A stretch of DNA of 64,000 nucleotides, taken from Bilabrum cf. latius (Eukaryota). Positions 13,101-25,573 of this stretch are shown here, one piece after another. The position numbers were made by a program, and so were the translations under genes. A model generated the notes under the pieces. It was not told the DNA's origin. It searched no databases and was given only the letters and a program-made list of their open reading frames with translations. The DNA is taken from NCBI GenBank assembly GCA_965178125.1, contig OZ237752.1, positions 372,001 through 436,000 on the forward strand. The letters are read 5' to 3'. Each line of letters starts with the position of its first letter. Position 1 is the first letter of the stretch.

Positions 13101-14046
13101 TCTCCATCCGATCCTACAATCACCGAGTAGCCTGGTGATCGAAACTCCGCTGCAACGAAGGGGAGGGCTTCTGACTTGTCCTCCCTTAGCACTTTCATGA
13201 TGGACTCCCTCTCCACCGTGCCGTAGGCGTTCTTCATGTCCACGTGGGCTGCTGTTCTCTCCGGGAAGGTCGACAGGTAAGTGCGGACCAGGAAAGATAT
13301 GGCGTCTGCTCCACATGGCAGGCCACCTCCAAACTGCTCTGGCTTGCACCTATTCCCAACTGACGGCTTGAGCCCTTCGCCGAGGTGCTTGAGGAGTGGG
13401 AGCAGGAGGTTGGAGCCCATGCCTAAAGGTCTGGGTTCCGGCTTCCCCGGCTTCGCAATCCCTATGCCTCGACCGAGAGTCAGAAGCGTCCGTGCAAGTG
13501 GTGGGACCCAGCCGGACCCGAGGGCGGTGTACAGCTGCTAGACAAGGTCTGCCTGTCCCCTGGTGATCTTGTCAGCAACCTCTCTCGACATCCCTAGACT
13601 GTCGACTGCCCTGTTTCTCTTGAACTCCTGCAGGTGCGAAATTGACTTCCCTTTGCTGTCTGACACCAGCATTCTGCTTCGCGCAGTATACCGGCAGCGT
13701 GCGTGCTGGAGCTCGACTTCAGCAGTGCAGTCGCGTCCCGTAGGATATACGGGCACAGCCACGAGGTGAACGTTCGTTTAAGCTGCTTGCGGTTCTTGGT
13801 GTTGAAGATCATCTGGAAGACGGACTGGTCTCGTGCGCCATGTTGGCACCTGTAGACTGCGGCCATGTTCGCCATAGGTCCCTGGGCACTAGGTTCGTGC
13901 TTGACCATGTACCACGCGGTTAGCTGCATGTGGGCAGGCGTGTCTCCGCTCAGCAGCACCAGTGAGCAGCCGTACGCCTGTGAGACAGCTCTGGCCATCG
14001 CGTCGGCCGGCCAGACCAGCGCCCTGACCGTGTCCTTCGGCATGTT
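10199..14046 (-). mobile_element. Non-LTR retrotransposon with RT, CCHC-like Zn knuckle and restriction-like endonuclease (CRE-clade-like), 5'-truncated or rearranged
   Basis: One reading frame from ~13770 to TGA at 10295 when 4 TAGs (13538, 12446, 12113, 10496) are read through. Motifs: KPGKPEPRPLGMG, VDMKNAYGTVER, GVVQGSPMS, IADD, PLAQGGVGL, CPDSEC..H..CC, RMDVV...IDVTCVDP. The 3' UTR ends in ATTCTCTCTCT. Confidence 0.9.
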
Positions 14047-14579
14047 ACCCTGGGAGCTCTCTGATCTGCCTGTGGAGCTCCTTCTCTCCCAGCGACTGGC
14101 CCTTGCGCGGCATGTTACCGCACAGGAGCCCCACCGCGCACATGCCCAGCGAGTACAGGTCCGCTCGCTCGTCGTACACCTCCCCCCTCACGACCTCGGG
14201 GGCGATGTAGTTGCCCTTCCCCGCCCAGCCCCGGATGCCATCCGCACCCATAGGCAGCGGGCCACCATCGGGCGCACTCGTCACACCCCTGGGAGGCTGC
14301 AACCACCTGTCCACGGCCTGCCCCGGGTCGATGATGACCCCCTCGCCGTCGTCTGCCAGCACCGAGTTCTCGAGAGACACGTCACGGTGCAGCACGCCCC
14401 TCGTGTGGTGGTGGTGCAGCCCCTTCGCCAGGCCATAGAAAGCCTTGCGAGCGGCTGCCGGGTCCATCCCAGCCGCAGCAATATCCAGCAGGTCCCGTGA
14501 AGCGTAGAAAGGGGTCACGATGCAATAATAGCGTTCGTCACTCGCAGTTGCGACAACGTGGCATACGTTTGGGTGCGGC
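14047..14579 (-). pseudogene. Second truncated copy of the kinase, joined to the retroelement
   Basis: Matches 26206-26738. It breaks after RELPG, at a CATG microhomology with the retroelement-side sequence. Confidence 0.85.
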
Positions 14580-14711
14580 CACCAGCACCTCCCGCCGCAC
14601 CTGACGGTCCCACAGGCTGGCCTCTCGCCCTTTACCACCCGCCGATCACCCCACCGAAAGTCAGACTCAGCTGCGGCTCTCCCCGACACCCCCCCTGCAC
14701 TCGCCGCACGA

Positions 14712-17700
14712 TCACAAATGTAAAGCGCTCTCCAGCAGTGCCTCCACCTGCGGGCACGGCCGCCCAGCGGATCGCAGCTGGGACAGCAGATCGGCCCCAG
14801 GTACTGCAGTACCCACCGCGCCCTCGGGGGGATGCATGGCCAGCGAGGCAACCAGGGAGACAGCTGCACAGGCAGTGCCATGCCCTGCACATCCCATGCG
14901 CACCTCCCACGCCTCCACCAGCACCCTCACGCACTCCTCATGGCCCTCGAGCAATGCCGCCACTAGCGGACCGCTCAACCAGCCCGAGTGACCAGGCCCC
15001 GGGACATCCACCACTGCCACTGCCACAGGGCCACGAACCTCCATCCCACCCGCCAGCTTGCCGAGCCTCAGCCGCTTGGCCAGCTCCAGCGGCCTGCCCT
15101 CCCTGGCAGCTCGGTGCACCATGGCAGCATCTCGTTTGGCCTCCACGGCCCTCCTCCACCGGGCCAAATGCAGGATCCTCGGGGTAATAAACTCCCGGAT
15201 GAGCTTGGCCGTGGCTGTCTTGCCCTCTCGGTCTGCTTCCTCTGCTGGGGTGCGTCCGTCCTGCGGCAATAAGTGCCAGCACGCAATACGTTTGGAGGTA
15301 TGCCAGTAAGCTGACAAGTCGAATTCATCACAAGCAAACCCATCTCACCTTGTTCTTGGCCGTCCTGCTGGCTCCGGCCCGCAGCAGAGCGAGAGCCGCG
15401 GCGTCCCTGCCAAAGTAGGCGGCTTGATGGAGAGGGGTGTCGTTGTACTGCGGAATCAAGTAGCCAAAGATGCGTATCATCATCTCAGGGCGAATGCCAA
15501 CCCACACTCATGTTCAAGGTCCGCAGGGGGGGCGGCGAGGAGCACTGCTGGTAGCCTGGATCTATCGATTTCCCGGTTTCTAGAAATTCGCTGGCGTGCT
15601 GAGACCTGCTCGCGAGCGCAGCCACCCAATAGCATACACATAGAACTCACCAACTACAATCAAATCAAACAGCAAACCAATAATGGTCAGACACGTGCGA
15701 GGAACGGGCCAGATTGGCCTGGCCTACGAACAGGATGCTCGGAGCAAGCAACTGCTTCGGCTATGGACTCAGTTGATTCACTATCTCGATTTCGCACACA
15801 GACCCGCCGACTAAAATGGTATGAATCCCACTATCTAGCTCCATCTACATGCTGAACTACCTCAGCTCCCAAGACACAAGCGCTCCTCGGCCACCGCACG
15901 ACCAGGCCGCACCCTTCCCATGCCAGGTCACAGGAAACACAAACCAGCTAGCACACGTCCGACACCACCAGCATGCGTCCATGAAAACTATCATCCCATC
16001 CATGCATACATCACCAAAACTCACATTGTCCTCAGCATTCACATCGGCCCCCGCTGCCACAAGCGCACCCACCACGTTGGCGTGGCCCTCTCTGGCTGCA
16101 AAGTGCAGCGGGGAGTACTGGCCCTAAACGGAAAGAAAGCGAGGGACAGCAAGAAGGAATGGGAAGGGATGGCGATGGAAGGCCAAAAGAAGGAAAGCAG
16201 CGAACGGAAGTCAGAACCAGAGCATCGGCACCGCGCAATCCACCCATGGACGACCCTCTGGCCCCCACAGCTTCCCGCTGCACCCACTTGCCCCAGTACC
16301 AAGCCAACACTGGCGCCATTCCAGCACATCCACCCCCAGTCGCAAATATAATCCAGCCATCCATCTGGAACTGCAGCAAGGCCGCCCGGCGGTCATGGTC
16401 CCAAACTGGGCGAAGCGCAGTCGGCTGAAGGCGATAGATCGCGACTGTTGGATTGTGTGCAACTCGCGCCCATCGGACGCAGCTCGATGAGATTATTCAA
16501 GATCTGGTTGGATCGCCTTCTTCTTCCGCCTGCATCCCGAGCTATCCCGGCTCCAAGGCACAAGCGCCCATCGGCTACCTCACAAACACTCACATAGCCC
16601 TCAGCATTCACATCGGCCCCCGCTGCCACAAGCGCACACACCACGGGCGCATTGCTATTCTAGGCGGCTTCAAGAAGCGGGGTGATCTTGTTCTGTGAGG
16701 AAGCAAAGCGAGGGATAGCAAGAAAGGAATGGAAGGAGATGGCAATAGAAAGGCAAAAAGGGAAACAGCGAACGGAAGTCAGAACCAGAGCATCTGCGCC
16801 GCGCAATCCACCCATGGACGGGCCTCTGCCCCCCACAGCTTCCCGCTGCACCCACTCGCCACAACATCAAACCCACATTGGCACCAGTCCAGCATATCCA
16901 CCCCAGTCCCAAATACAAAGACACAATCGCATCCGCGACTAGACCATCCATACAGCCATCCAGGACTGCGGCAAGGCCGCCCGGCGGTCATACTCGCAAG
17001 CTGGGCAAACTGCAGTCGGCTGAAGGCTGAAGATTGCAACTATTGCATTGTGTACAACTCGCACCCATCGGACGCAGCTCGATGAGATAATTCAACATCT
17101 GGCTGCATCACCTTCTGGTTCCCCCTGCATCCCGAGCTATACCGGCTCCCAAGACATAAGCGCTCCTCAACCACCTCACGACCAGGCCGCACCCTTCCCA
17201 TGCCGAGTCACAGAAGAAACACCAACTCCCGTGCATCCAATCATCCCATCCCATCCACATATCACGAAAACTCACCTCATCCTCAGCGTTCACATTGGCC
17301 CCCGCTGCCACAAGCGCAGCCACCACGTCGGCGTTGCCCCATCTGGCTGCCCAGTGCAGCGGGGTGCGCTAAGCCTGTGAGGAAGGAAAGCGAGGGACGG
17401 CAAGGGGGGATAAAGAGGCATGGCAATGGAAAGGCAAAAAGGGGGGGACAGCGAACGGAAGTCAGAACTACAGGATCGGCGTTGCGCAATCCACCCATGG
17501 ACGGGCCTCTGGCCCCCACAGAATCCGCTGCACACACTCGCCACAGCATCAAGCCGGCACTGGCACCATCCGAGCATATCAACCCCCAGTCCCAAATACA
17601 AATACACAATCGCATCCGCGACTAGACCATCCATCCAGCCAGCCAGCCATTCAGGACTGCGGCAAGGCCGCCCGGCGGTCATGGTCGCAAGCTGGGCGAA

Positions 17701-20700
17701 GCGCAGTCGGCTGAGGGCGGTAGATCGCAACTGTTGGATTGTGTGCATAATGAACACATCAGGCGAAGCTCGATGAGATGATGCAAGGTCTAGTTAGAAA
17801 GCATTCCGGTTCCGCCTGCATCCCGAGCTATCCCGGCTCCAAGGCAGAAGCGCTCCTCGGCCACCTCACAAACACTCACATAGCCCTCAGCATTCACATC
17901 GGCCCCCGCTGTCACAAGCGCACCCACCACGGCGGCTTGGCTCTTCCCGGCTGCAACGTGCAGCGGGGTGTCCTTGCTCTGTGAGGAAGGAAAGCGAGGG
18001 ACAGCAAAGGGGGATCGGAAAGGCATGACAATGGGAGGCAACAAGGGGGGGACAACGAAAGGAAGTCAGAACCAGGAACCAGAGCATCGGCACCGCGCAA
18101 TCCACCCATGGACGGGCCTCTGGCCCCCACAGGTCCCGCTGCACCTACTCGCCCCAGCACCAACCTGACACGGGCACCATTCCCGCATATCCATTGCCAG
18201 TCCAAACATAAACACGCAATCATATCGGCGACCAGACCATCCAGCCATCCATCTGGAACTGCAGCAAGGCCGCCCGGCGGTCATGGTCGCAAGCTGGGCG
18301 AAGCGCAGTCGGCTGAAGGAGACTGATCGCGACTGTTGGATTGTATACAACTCGCACCCATCGGACGCAGCTCGATGCGAGGACTCAGGATCTGGTTGGA
18401 TCGCCTTCTGGTTCCGCCAAGACACAAGCGCTCGTCGACCACCTCATGACAACCAGGCCGCACCCTTCCCATGCCGAGTCACAGGGAAAACTTACTTCCA
18501 TGCATTCAATCATCCAAACTACATATACATCACATCAGCTCACATTGTCCTCAGCATTCACATCGGCCCCCGCTGCCACAAGAGCACCCACCACGTCGGC
18601 GTGGCCCTCTCCGGCTGCAAAGTGCAGCGGGGTGCCCTAAGCCTGTGCAGAATGGAAGGATGGCAGCAAGGGAAGCAGCGAACTCAAGTCAGAACCAGAG
18701 CATCGGCGCCGCGCTATCCACCCATGGACAGGCCTCTGCCCCCCACAGGTTACGCTGCACCCACTCGCCACAACATCAAACCCACATTGGCACCAGTCCA
18801 GCATATCCATCCCCAGTCCCAACTACACAATCATATCGGCGACCAGACCATCCAGCCAGCCAGCCATTCAGGACTGCGGCAAGGCCGCCCGGCGGTCATG
18901 GTCGCAAGCTGGGCGAAGCGCAGTCGGCTGAAGGAGACTGATCGCGACTGTTGGATTGTATACAACTCGCAACCAGCAGACGCAGCTCGATGAGATGATT
19001 TAGCATCTGGTTGAACCGCCTTCTTCTTCCGCCAAGACACAAGCGCGCCTCGACCACCTCACGACCAGGCCGCAACCTTCCCATGCCGAGTCACAGGGAA
19101 CACTTACTCCCATGCATCCAATCATCCCAGCCATGAATACATCACTACAACTCACCCCGTCCACAGCATTCACATTGGCCCCCGCTGCCACAAGCGCACA
19201 CACCACGTCGGCATTGGCTGCCTTGTATAGCGGCGTGCACTTAAACTGTTAGGAAGGAAAGCTAGGGACAGCAAGAAGGGAATGGAAAGGGATGGTAATG
19301 GAAGGCAACAAGGGAAGCAGCGAACGGAAGTCAGAACCAGAGCATCGGCACCGCGCAATCCACCCTTGGACAAACCTCTGGCCCCCACAGAATCCGCTGC
19401 ACCCACTCGCCCCAGCACCAAGCCGGCACAGGCACCATTCGAGCATATCCACCCCCAGTCCCAAATACAAATATACAATCGCATCCGAGGCTAGACCATC
19501 CATCCAGCCAGCCATCCGGGACTGAGGCAAGGCCGCCCGGCGGCCATGCTCGCAAGCTGGGCGAAGCGCAGTCGGCTGAGGGCGGTAGATCGCGACTGTT
19601 GGATTGTGTACAACTCGCAACCAGCAGACGCAGCTCGATGAAATGATTCAACATCTGGTTGAACCGCCTTCTGGTTCCGCCTGCATCCCGAGCTATCCCG
19701 GTACAAGATATCCTATAACACAAACCAATCAATACAGAACCAACACATCCAGCATGCTTCCAATCATCCAACCACCCCATCCATCCATACATCACAGCAA
19801 CTCACCCAGGCCTCAGCATTCACATCGGCTCCCGCTGCCACCAGCGCACCCACCAATGCGGCGTGGCCCTTTCCGGCTGCAAAGTGCAGCGGGGTGCGCT
19901 GGTCCTGTGAGGAAGGAAAGCGAGGGACGGCAAGGGGGGATCGGAAAGGCATGACAATGGAAAGGCAAAAAGAAGGGAAGCAGCGAACGAAAGTCAGAAC
20001 CAGAGCATCGGCACCGCGCAACCCAACCATGGACGGGCCTCTGGCCCCACAGGTTCCGCTGCACCCACTCCCCCAAGCACCAAGCCGGCACTGGCACCAT
20101 TCCAGCATATCCACCCCCAGTCCCAAACATAATCACGCAATCATATCGGCGATTAGACCATGCAGCCATCCATTCGGGACTGCCTCACTGCGGCAAGGCC
20201 GCCCGGCGGTCATGGTCGCTTGCTGGGCGAACCGCAGTCGGCTGAAGGAGATTGATAGCAATTGTTGGATTGTGTGCGACTTGCAGCCAGCAGACGCAGC
20301 TCGATGAAATGATTCAGCATCTGGTTACATAGCCTTCTTCTTCCGCCTGCATCCCGAGGTATACCGGCTCCCAAGACACAAGCGCTTACCAGCCACCTCA
20401 CGACCAGGCCGCACCCTTCCCATGCCGAGTCACAGAAGAAACACCGACTCCCATGCATCCAATCATCCCATCCCATCCATATATCACGAAAACTCACATA
20501 GTCCTCAGCATTCACATCGGTCCCCGCTGCCACAAGCGCACCCACCACGTCGGCGTTGCCCTTCTCGGCTGCAAAGTGCAGCGGGGTGCCCTAAGCCTGT
20601 GAGGAAGGACAGCTAGGGATAGCAAAGGGATGGCAATGGAAAGGCATGGCAATGGAAGGCCAACAAGGCGAAGCAGCGAAGGCGAGTGGGAACCAGAGCA

Positions 20701-23700
20701 TCGGCGCCGCGCAATCCACCCATAGACGGGCCTCTGGCCCCCACAGCTTCCCGCTGCACCCACTCGCCACAACATCAAACCCACATTGGCACCATTCCAG
20801 CATATCCACCCCCAGTCCCAAACACGATCGCACGACCAAATTGCCAAATCGCCAAACCATCCATACATCCAGCCATCCAGGACACTGCGACAAGGCCGCC
20901 CGGCGGTCGTGGTGGCAAGCTGGGCGAAGCGCAGTCGGCTGAAGGCGATAGATTGCAACTGTTGGATTGTGTGCATAAGGTGCCGTCATCGGACGCAGCT
21001 CGATGAGATGATTCAAGATCTGGTTGGATCGCCTTCTTCTTCCGCCTGCATCCGGAGCTATCCCGGTGAGAAAAACTGGCGAGCGCTGCCCCTCAGCATC
21101 CGAATAGCACGTGGCTTGATTGCCGCTCAAGTCTAATTGTGACCTCTCAACTTCCACATCCGCATGTGGTCGGGTGATCCGATCCCTTTGATCCTAGTCA
21201 CTCGTCACACACATGCACAACCCCCCACCTTCCCGGCCTGTGCCTCCCCCTTACCACCCGCCGTATCAACCCGATGATCCCACCAATCATCTCCTCTTCC
21301 ACTACTCCCTCACCCCCCCTCCCCCCTTCGGTGAACCGTCGCCCCCTCTCCCTCTGCTCCGTCCTCACCTCACCTCACCCGCGCCAACCTCCCTCTCTTC
21401 GCCCACCCCTCGTTGCCGCCGCTCCTGCACCTCCTCCCTAGCCGCTCTCTCTCACTCCTCCGGCTTTGACTCAGACATATTATATTCTCTCACTCCTCCG
21501 GCGTGAGCTTGCTGATCCGTTCGACCTGCCCAGTGCGATTGCCTCTGGGGATGGTCGTTGTAGTTGGGTAGTGTGTGCTTTGACTCAGACATATTATATT
21601 CTCACTCCTCCGCATCGCTACGTCGCATCTGAGCCTGCACCTCGAGCGGGTCCTGCGCCCACCGCGCGACCTCAACCTTAGAGACCTTATTGGCCTCACC
21701 AACAATCCTATAACACAAACCAATCAATACAGAACCAACACATGCAGCATGTTTCCAATCATCCAGCCATCCCATCCATCCATACATCACTACAACTCAC
21801 CCAGGCCTCAGCATTCACATCGGCTCCCGCTGCCACAAGCGCACCCACCACGTTGGCGTGGCCCTCTCTGGCTGCAAAGTGCAGCGGGGTGCGCTGGTCC
21901 TGTGAGGAAGGAAAGCCAGAAACGGCAAGGGGGGATCGGAAAGGCATGGCAATGGAAAGGCAAAAAGAAGGGAAGCAGCGAACGAAAGTCAGAACCAGAG
22001 CATCGGCACCGCGCAACCCAACTATGGACGGGCCTCTGGCCCCACAGAATCCGCTGCACCCACTCCCCCCAGCACCAAGCTAGCACTGGCACCATTCCAG
22101 CATATCCACCCCCAGTCCCAAATACAAATATACAATCGCATCCGAGGCTAGACCATCCATACATCCAGCCATTTAGGACTGAGGCAAGGCCGCCCGGCGG
22201 TCATGGTCGCTTGCTGGGCGAACCACAGTCGGCTGAAGGAAATAGATCGTAACTGTCGGATTTTGTGCATAAAGTGCCCTCATCGGACGCAGCTCGATGG
22301 GATACTTCAAGATCTGGTTGGATCACCTTCTTCTTCCGCCTGCATCCCGAGCTATCCCGGTACAAGGTATCCTATAACGCAAATCATTCAATACAGATCC
22401 AACACATCCAGCATGCTTCCAATCATCCAACCACCCCATCCATACATCACAGCAACTCACATAGCACTTTGCGTTCACATCGACTCCCGCTGCCACAAGC
22501 GCACCCACCACGTTGGCGTGGCCCTTGTAGGCTGCTTCATGAAGCGGTGTGCACTGGCCCTGTGAGGAAGGAAAGCCAGAAACGGCAAGGGGGGTGGGAA
22601 GGCATGGAAATGGGAGGGCAACAAGGGGGGGACAGCGAACGGAAGTCAGAACTACAGGATCGGCGTTGCGCAATCCACCCATGGACGGGCCTCTGCCCCC
22701 CACAGGTTCCGCTGCACCCACTCGCCCCAGCACCAAACCAGCACTGGTACCATTCGAGCATATCAACCCCCAGTCCCAAATACAAAGACACAATCGCATC
22801 CGCGACTAGACCATCCATCCAGCCAGCCAGCCAGCCATTCAGGACTGCGGCAAGGCCGCCCGGCAGTCATGGTCGCAAGCTGGGCGAAGCGCAGTCGGCT
22901 GAACTGTGGGATTGTGTGCATCATGTGCCCATCGGGCGAGACTCAACGCGAGGATTCAGCATCTGGTTGGATCGCCTTCTGGCTCCGCCCGCATCCCGAC
23001 CTATCCCGGCTCCTAGACGCCCTCCCTTTCTTGGTGCTCCCGGAAGCAGCCCCGGCCCAATGCACGCTGCCACACCCACTCAAGTCCGGTTTGATGCGGC
23101 TGAGTACAGATGTACAGCTAGTTAGAGGGATGTACTACTGCTGCACGATATCGATGAGCATATGCTACCCGCTGCCATCCCTGCCAGCCAGCCGTGGCAG
23201 GCTCATCATGCCGGCGGGCGAAAGGAAGAGCTTGCTTGCTGTCCAAGTGCAATGCAATCAGCTCCAGAGACATTTCACCGGCCCCGTCTGCTTGTTGTTG
23301 TCAGTATGGCACAACCCAATGGCCCAATGCTCCACACCGCGGCGATCGAATGTCAAATGGAGATGAAAGCACTTCGCAGCACAGCGAAGAGATCCACTCC
23401 AGTCATACACGAACATAACGTCAAACACTCCCCGTCTGCTACCTGCAACCAATTGCGCTCTGCCTCTATGCTAAGGCCGAGGCACGAGCGCGAGCAGCAG
23501 CCGCATCTTCAGCACCCGAGGAGCGCCGGCCACTTGCTGGACCGGGACCTGGCCGCATCGCGGGCAGCCTTGCACCTACCGCCGGTCTCGGGCCAAGACT
23601 AGCAGCAGGCACAACAGATGGGCTGGCCTGAGGCGCTGGGGACGCCGCGGCGGCCGCCTGAGCCCCGCCAGAAGATACAGAATTGGACCGGCTCTTTGAT

Positions 23701-25367
23701 GCCGCCCGACGTTCAGCACGCTCAGTACGCTGCTATGATGCCTTACTTGAATCCATAGTAGAGCAAGAGGTTAAGAAGCGAAAACTGGCGAACGCTGCCC
23801 CTCAGCGCCCGAATAGCACGCGGCTTGATTGCCGCTCGAGTCTAATTGTGACCTCTCAACTTCCACATCCGCATGTGGTCGGTGATCCGATCCCCCTGAT
23901 CCGAGTCACTCGTCACACATGCCCAACCCACACCTGCCCGGCCTGTGCCTCCCCCTTCCTATCCGCCTCATCAACCCAATGACCCCACCGATCATCTTCT
24001 CTTCCACCATTTCCTCCCCCGTTCCGGTGAACCGTCGTCCCCCCCTCCCTTTGCTCTACCCTCCCCCCCCTAGCTGCCCCCTCTCTCTCTCTCTCTCTCT
24101 CTAGGAGCTGAGGGTGCAGCACCGGACGAGGCGGCTGATCCGAACGCAATCGAACACGAAGGCATCGCGAACGCAGATGGACCGCAAGCAGCGCAACTCC
24201 CCCACGGAGGAGCGGCCCAGCTTGCGGAGCCCATGGCGTGAGCTTGCTGATCCGTTCGACCTGCCCAGTGCGATTGCCTCTTGGGGTGGTCGTTGTAGTT
24301 GGGTAGTGTGTGCTTTGACTCAGACATATTATATTCTCTCTCTCTCTCGCACTCCTCCGCATCGCTACGTCGCATCTGAGCCTGCTCCTCGAGCGGGTCC
24401 TGCGCCCACCGAGCGACCTCAATCTCAGAGACCTTGCTGGCCTCACCAACGAAGATCATTGCCAAGTATCCCACGACGCCGGAAGGAGGATTCCTCGCGC
24501 AAAGACACACTCCGCTACATGAACCAGCTTAATACACACACGAAACGTAAGACAACACAAACTAGGGGCACACCACAAGCAGGTACCATGCATCCAAAAC
24601 CATGTTACAACCGATCTAGTGGCCCGTGATGGGCCCTAAGAGAGTGCTTTCACGTCGCCAAGAAGAAGGGCAACGACATTTGGAGCCCGATCGCATCCGT
24701 GATAGACATGAATCACATATTCTGTGCAGGGACTCACTTTATTTTGGGCATCGACTGCTCCCCCAGCCTCCACCAGCGGCACGATGCACGAGTTGTGTCC
24801 GTTGTGGCTTGCCCAATGCAGCGGGGTCCAATCCTTGCAGCCACTAGGGCCCTGCGATCCTAGCAACGGCGCACACTCAAATATCACTTTAGAACATGAA
24901 TGCCGTGGCTTGTGGTTAGGCCAGTGGAGGGAAATAGCTACGCACTCCAGATTGGTGGCGAAAAGTGACCAACAGCAATCCATGATTCTGGCCGATACTC
25001 TCCCTCTCAACACCCCAGTTTGCCAGTCAAAATACCCATTCTGTCTAGAATATATCATAACATGCGTGCACACTCACGTCTCCTGTCACGTTCGCGCTCG
25101 TCCCAGATGCCAGCGCCGACTGCAGGGCCTCCAAATGGCCGTTCTTGGCCGCTTCAAGAAGAGCAGCTGACCTGCAGATGGTGTAAATTGACATACATAC
25201 CATTTCGCTTACTTCGATGTGAAGCAAAAATTGAGATTATCCTACACATTCGGAACACACCCATCGAGCAATCCAGACACCAAGTACACACGAATCGAGT
25301 CTTAAATGCGGGCCCTTACTATCCATAAAGGAGAAAATATGCATGGGACATTACATAGTACTTACAT
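14712..25367 (-). CDS. Ankyrin cassette-exon gene, copy 2 (~612 aa): 10 one-repeat cassette exons and the shared C-terminal module
   Basis: Exons: AT 25367-25366, 25171-25078, 24851-24738; cassettes 22559-22461, 21899-21801, 20596-20498, 19904-19806, 19245-19156, 18642-18544, 17978-17880, 17374-17276, 16692-16594, 16123-16025; then 15447-15349 and 15260-14712 (TGA). In-frame TAGs at 20591, 18637, 17369 and 16660. Confidence 0.85.
15830..23020 (-). repeat. Tandem array of ankyrin exon plus intron units (10 units)
   Basis: Same unit structure and intron motifs as 3390-8720. Confidence 0.95.
21068..21703. mobile_element. Non-coding dispersed element (AAAACTGGCGA...TGGCCTCACCAAC) with retrotransposon 3'-end fragments inside
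   Basis: Same ends as 23781-24450 and 39543-40794. Absent from the paralogous intron site at ~19700 (CCCGGT-acaagat-ATCCTATAAC). Confidence 0.75.
23470..24450. mobile_element. Composite ~1-kb intronic insertion: a dispersed repeat, the non-coding element and a retrotransposon 3' end
   Basis: Absent from the equivalent position of copy 1 (~9225). 24103-24350 is homologous to the reverse complement of 10199-10440. Confidence 0.75.
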
Positions 25368-25573
25368 GATCGAAGGATGCAGGCGAATGCGCTATTTTTG
25401 TCGGCTAGTTTATTGTGGGGAGGATCAGAAATCAGAAATCAAAAATTGCCGGATTTATCCACTGGCAACTCCCGGATCGGGATTCCCGATTCGGGAATCC
25501 GGGCCACCGCCCATAGCAAGCACCTGCTGATTGTCTTTGCTACCAAACATTTCAGACCAAATACACTCATCAG

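Noticed and set aside
3390-23020. CRISPR array or diversity-generating retroelement (an RT next to variable repeats)
   Set aside because: The units are ~650-bp exon-plus-intron repeats with splice sites. The RT is a non-LTR RLE type. There is no TR/VR pair and no adenine-specific variation. A role for the RT in cassette shuffling is unsupported.
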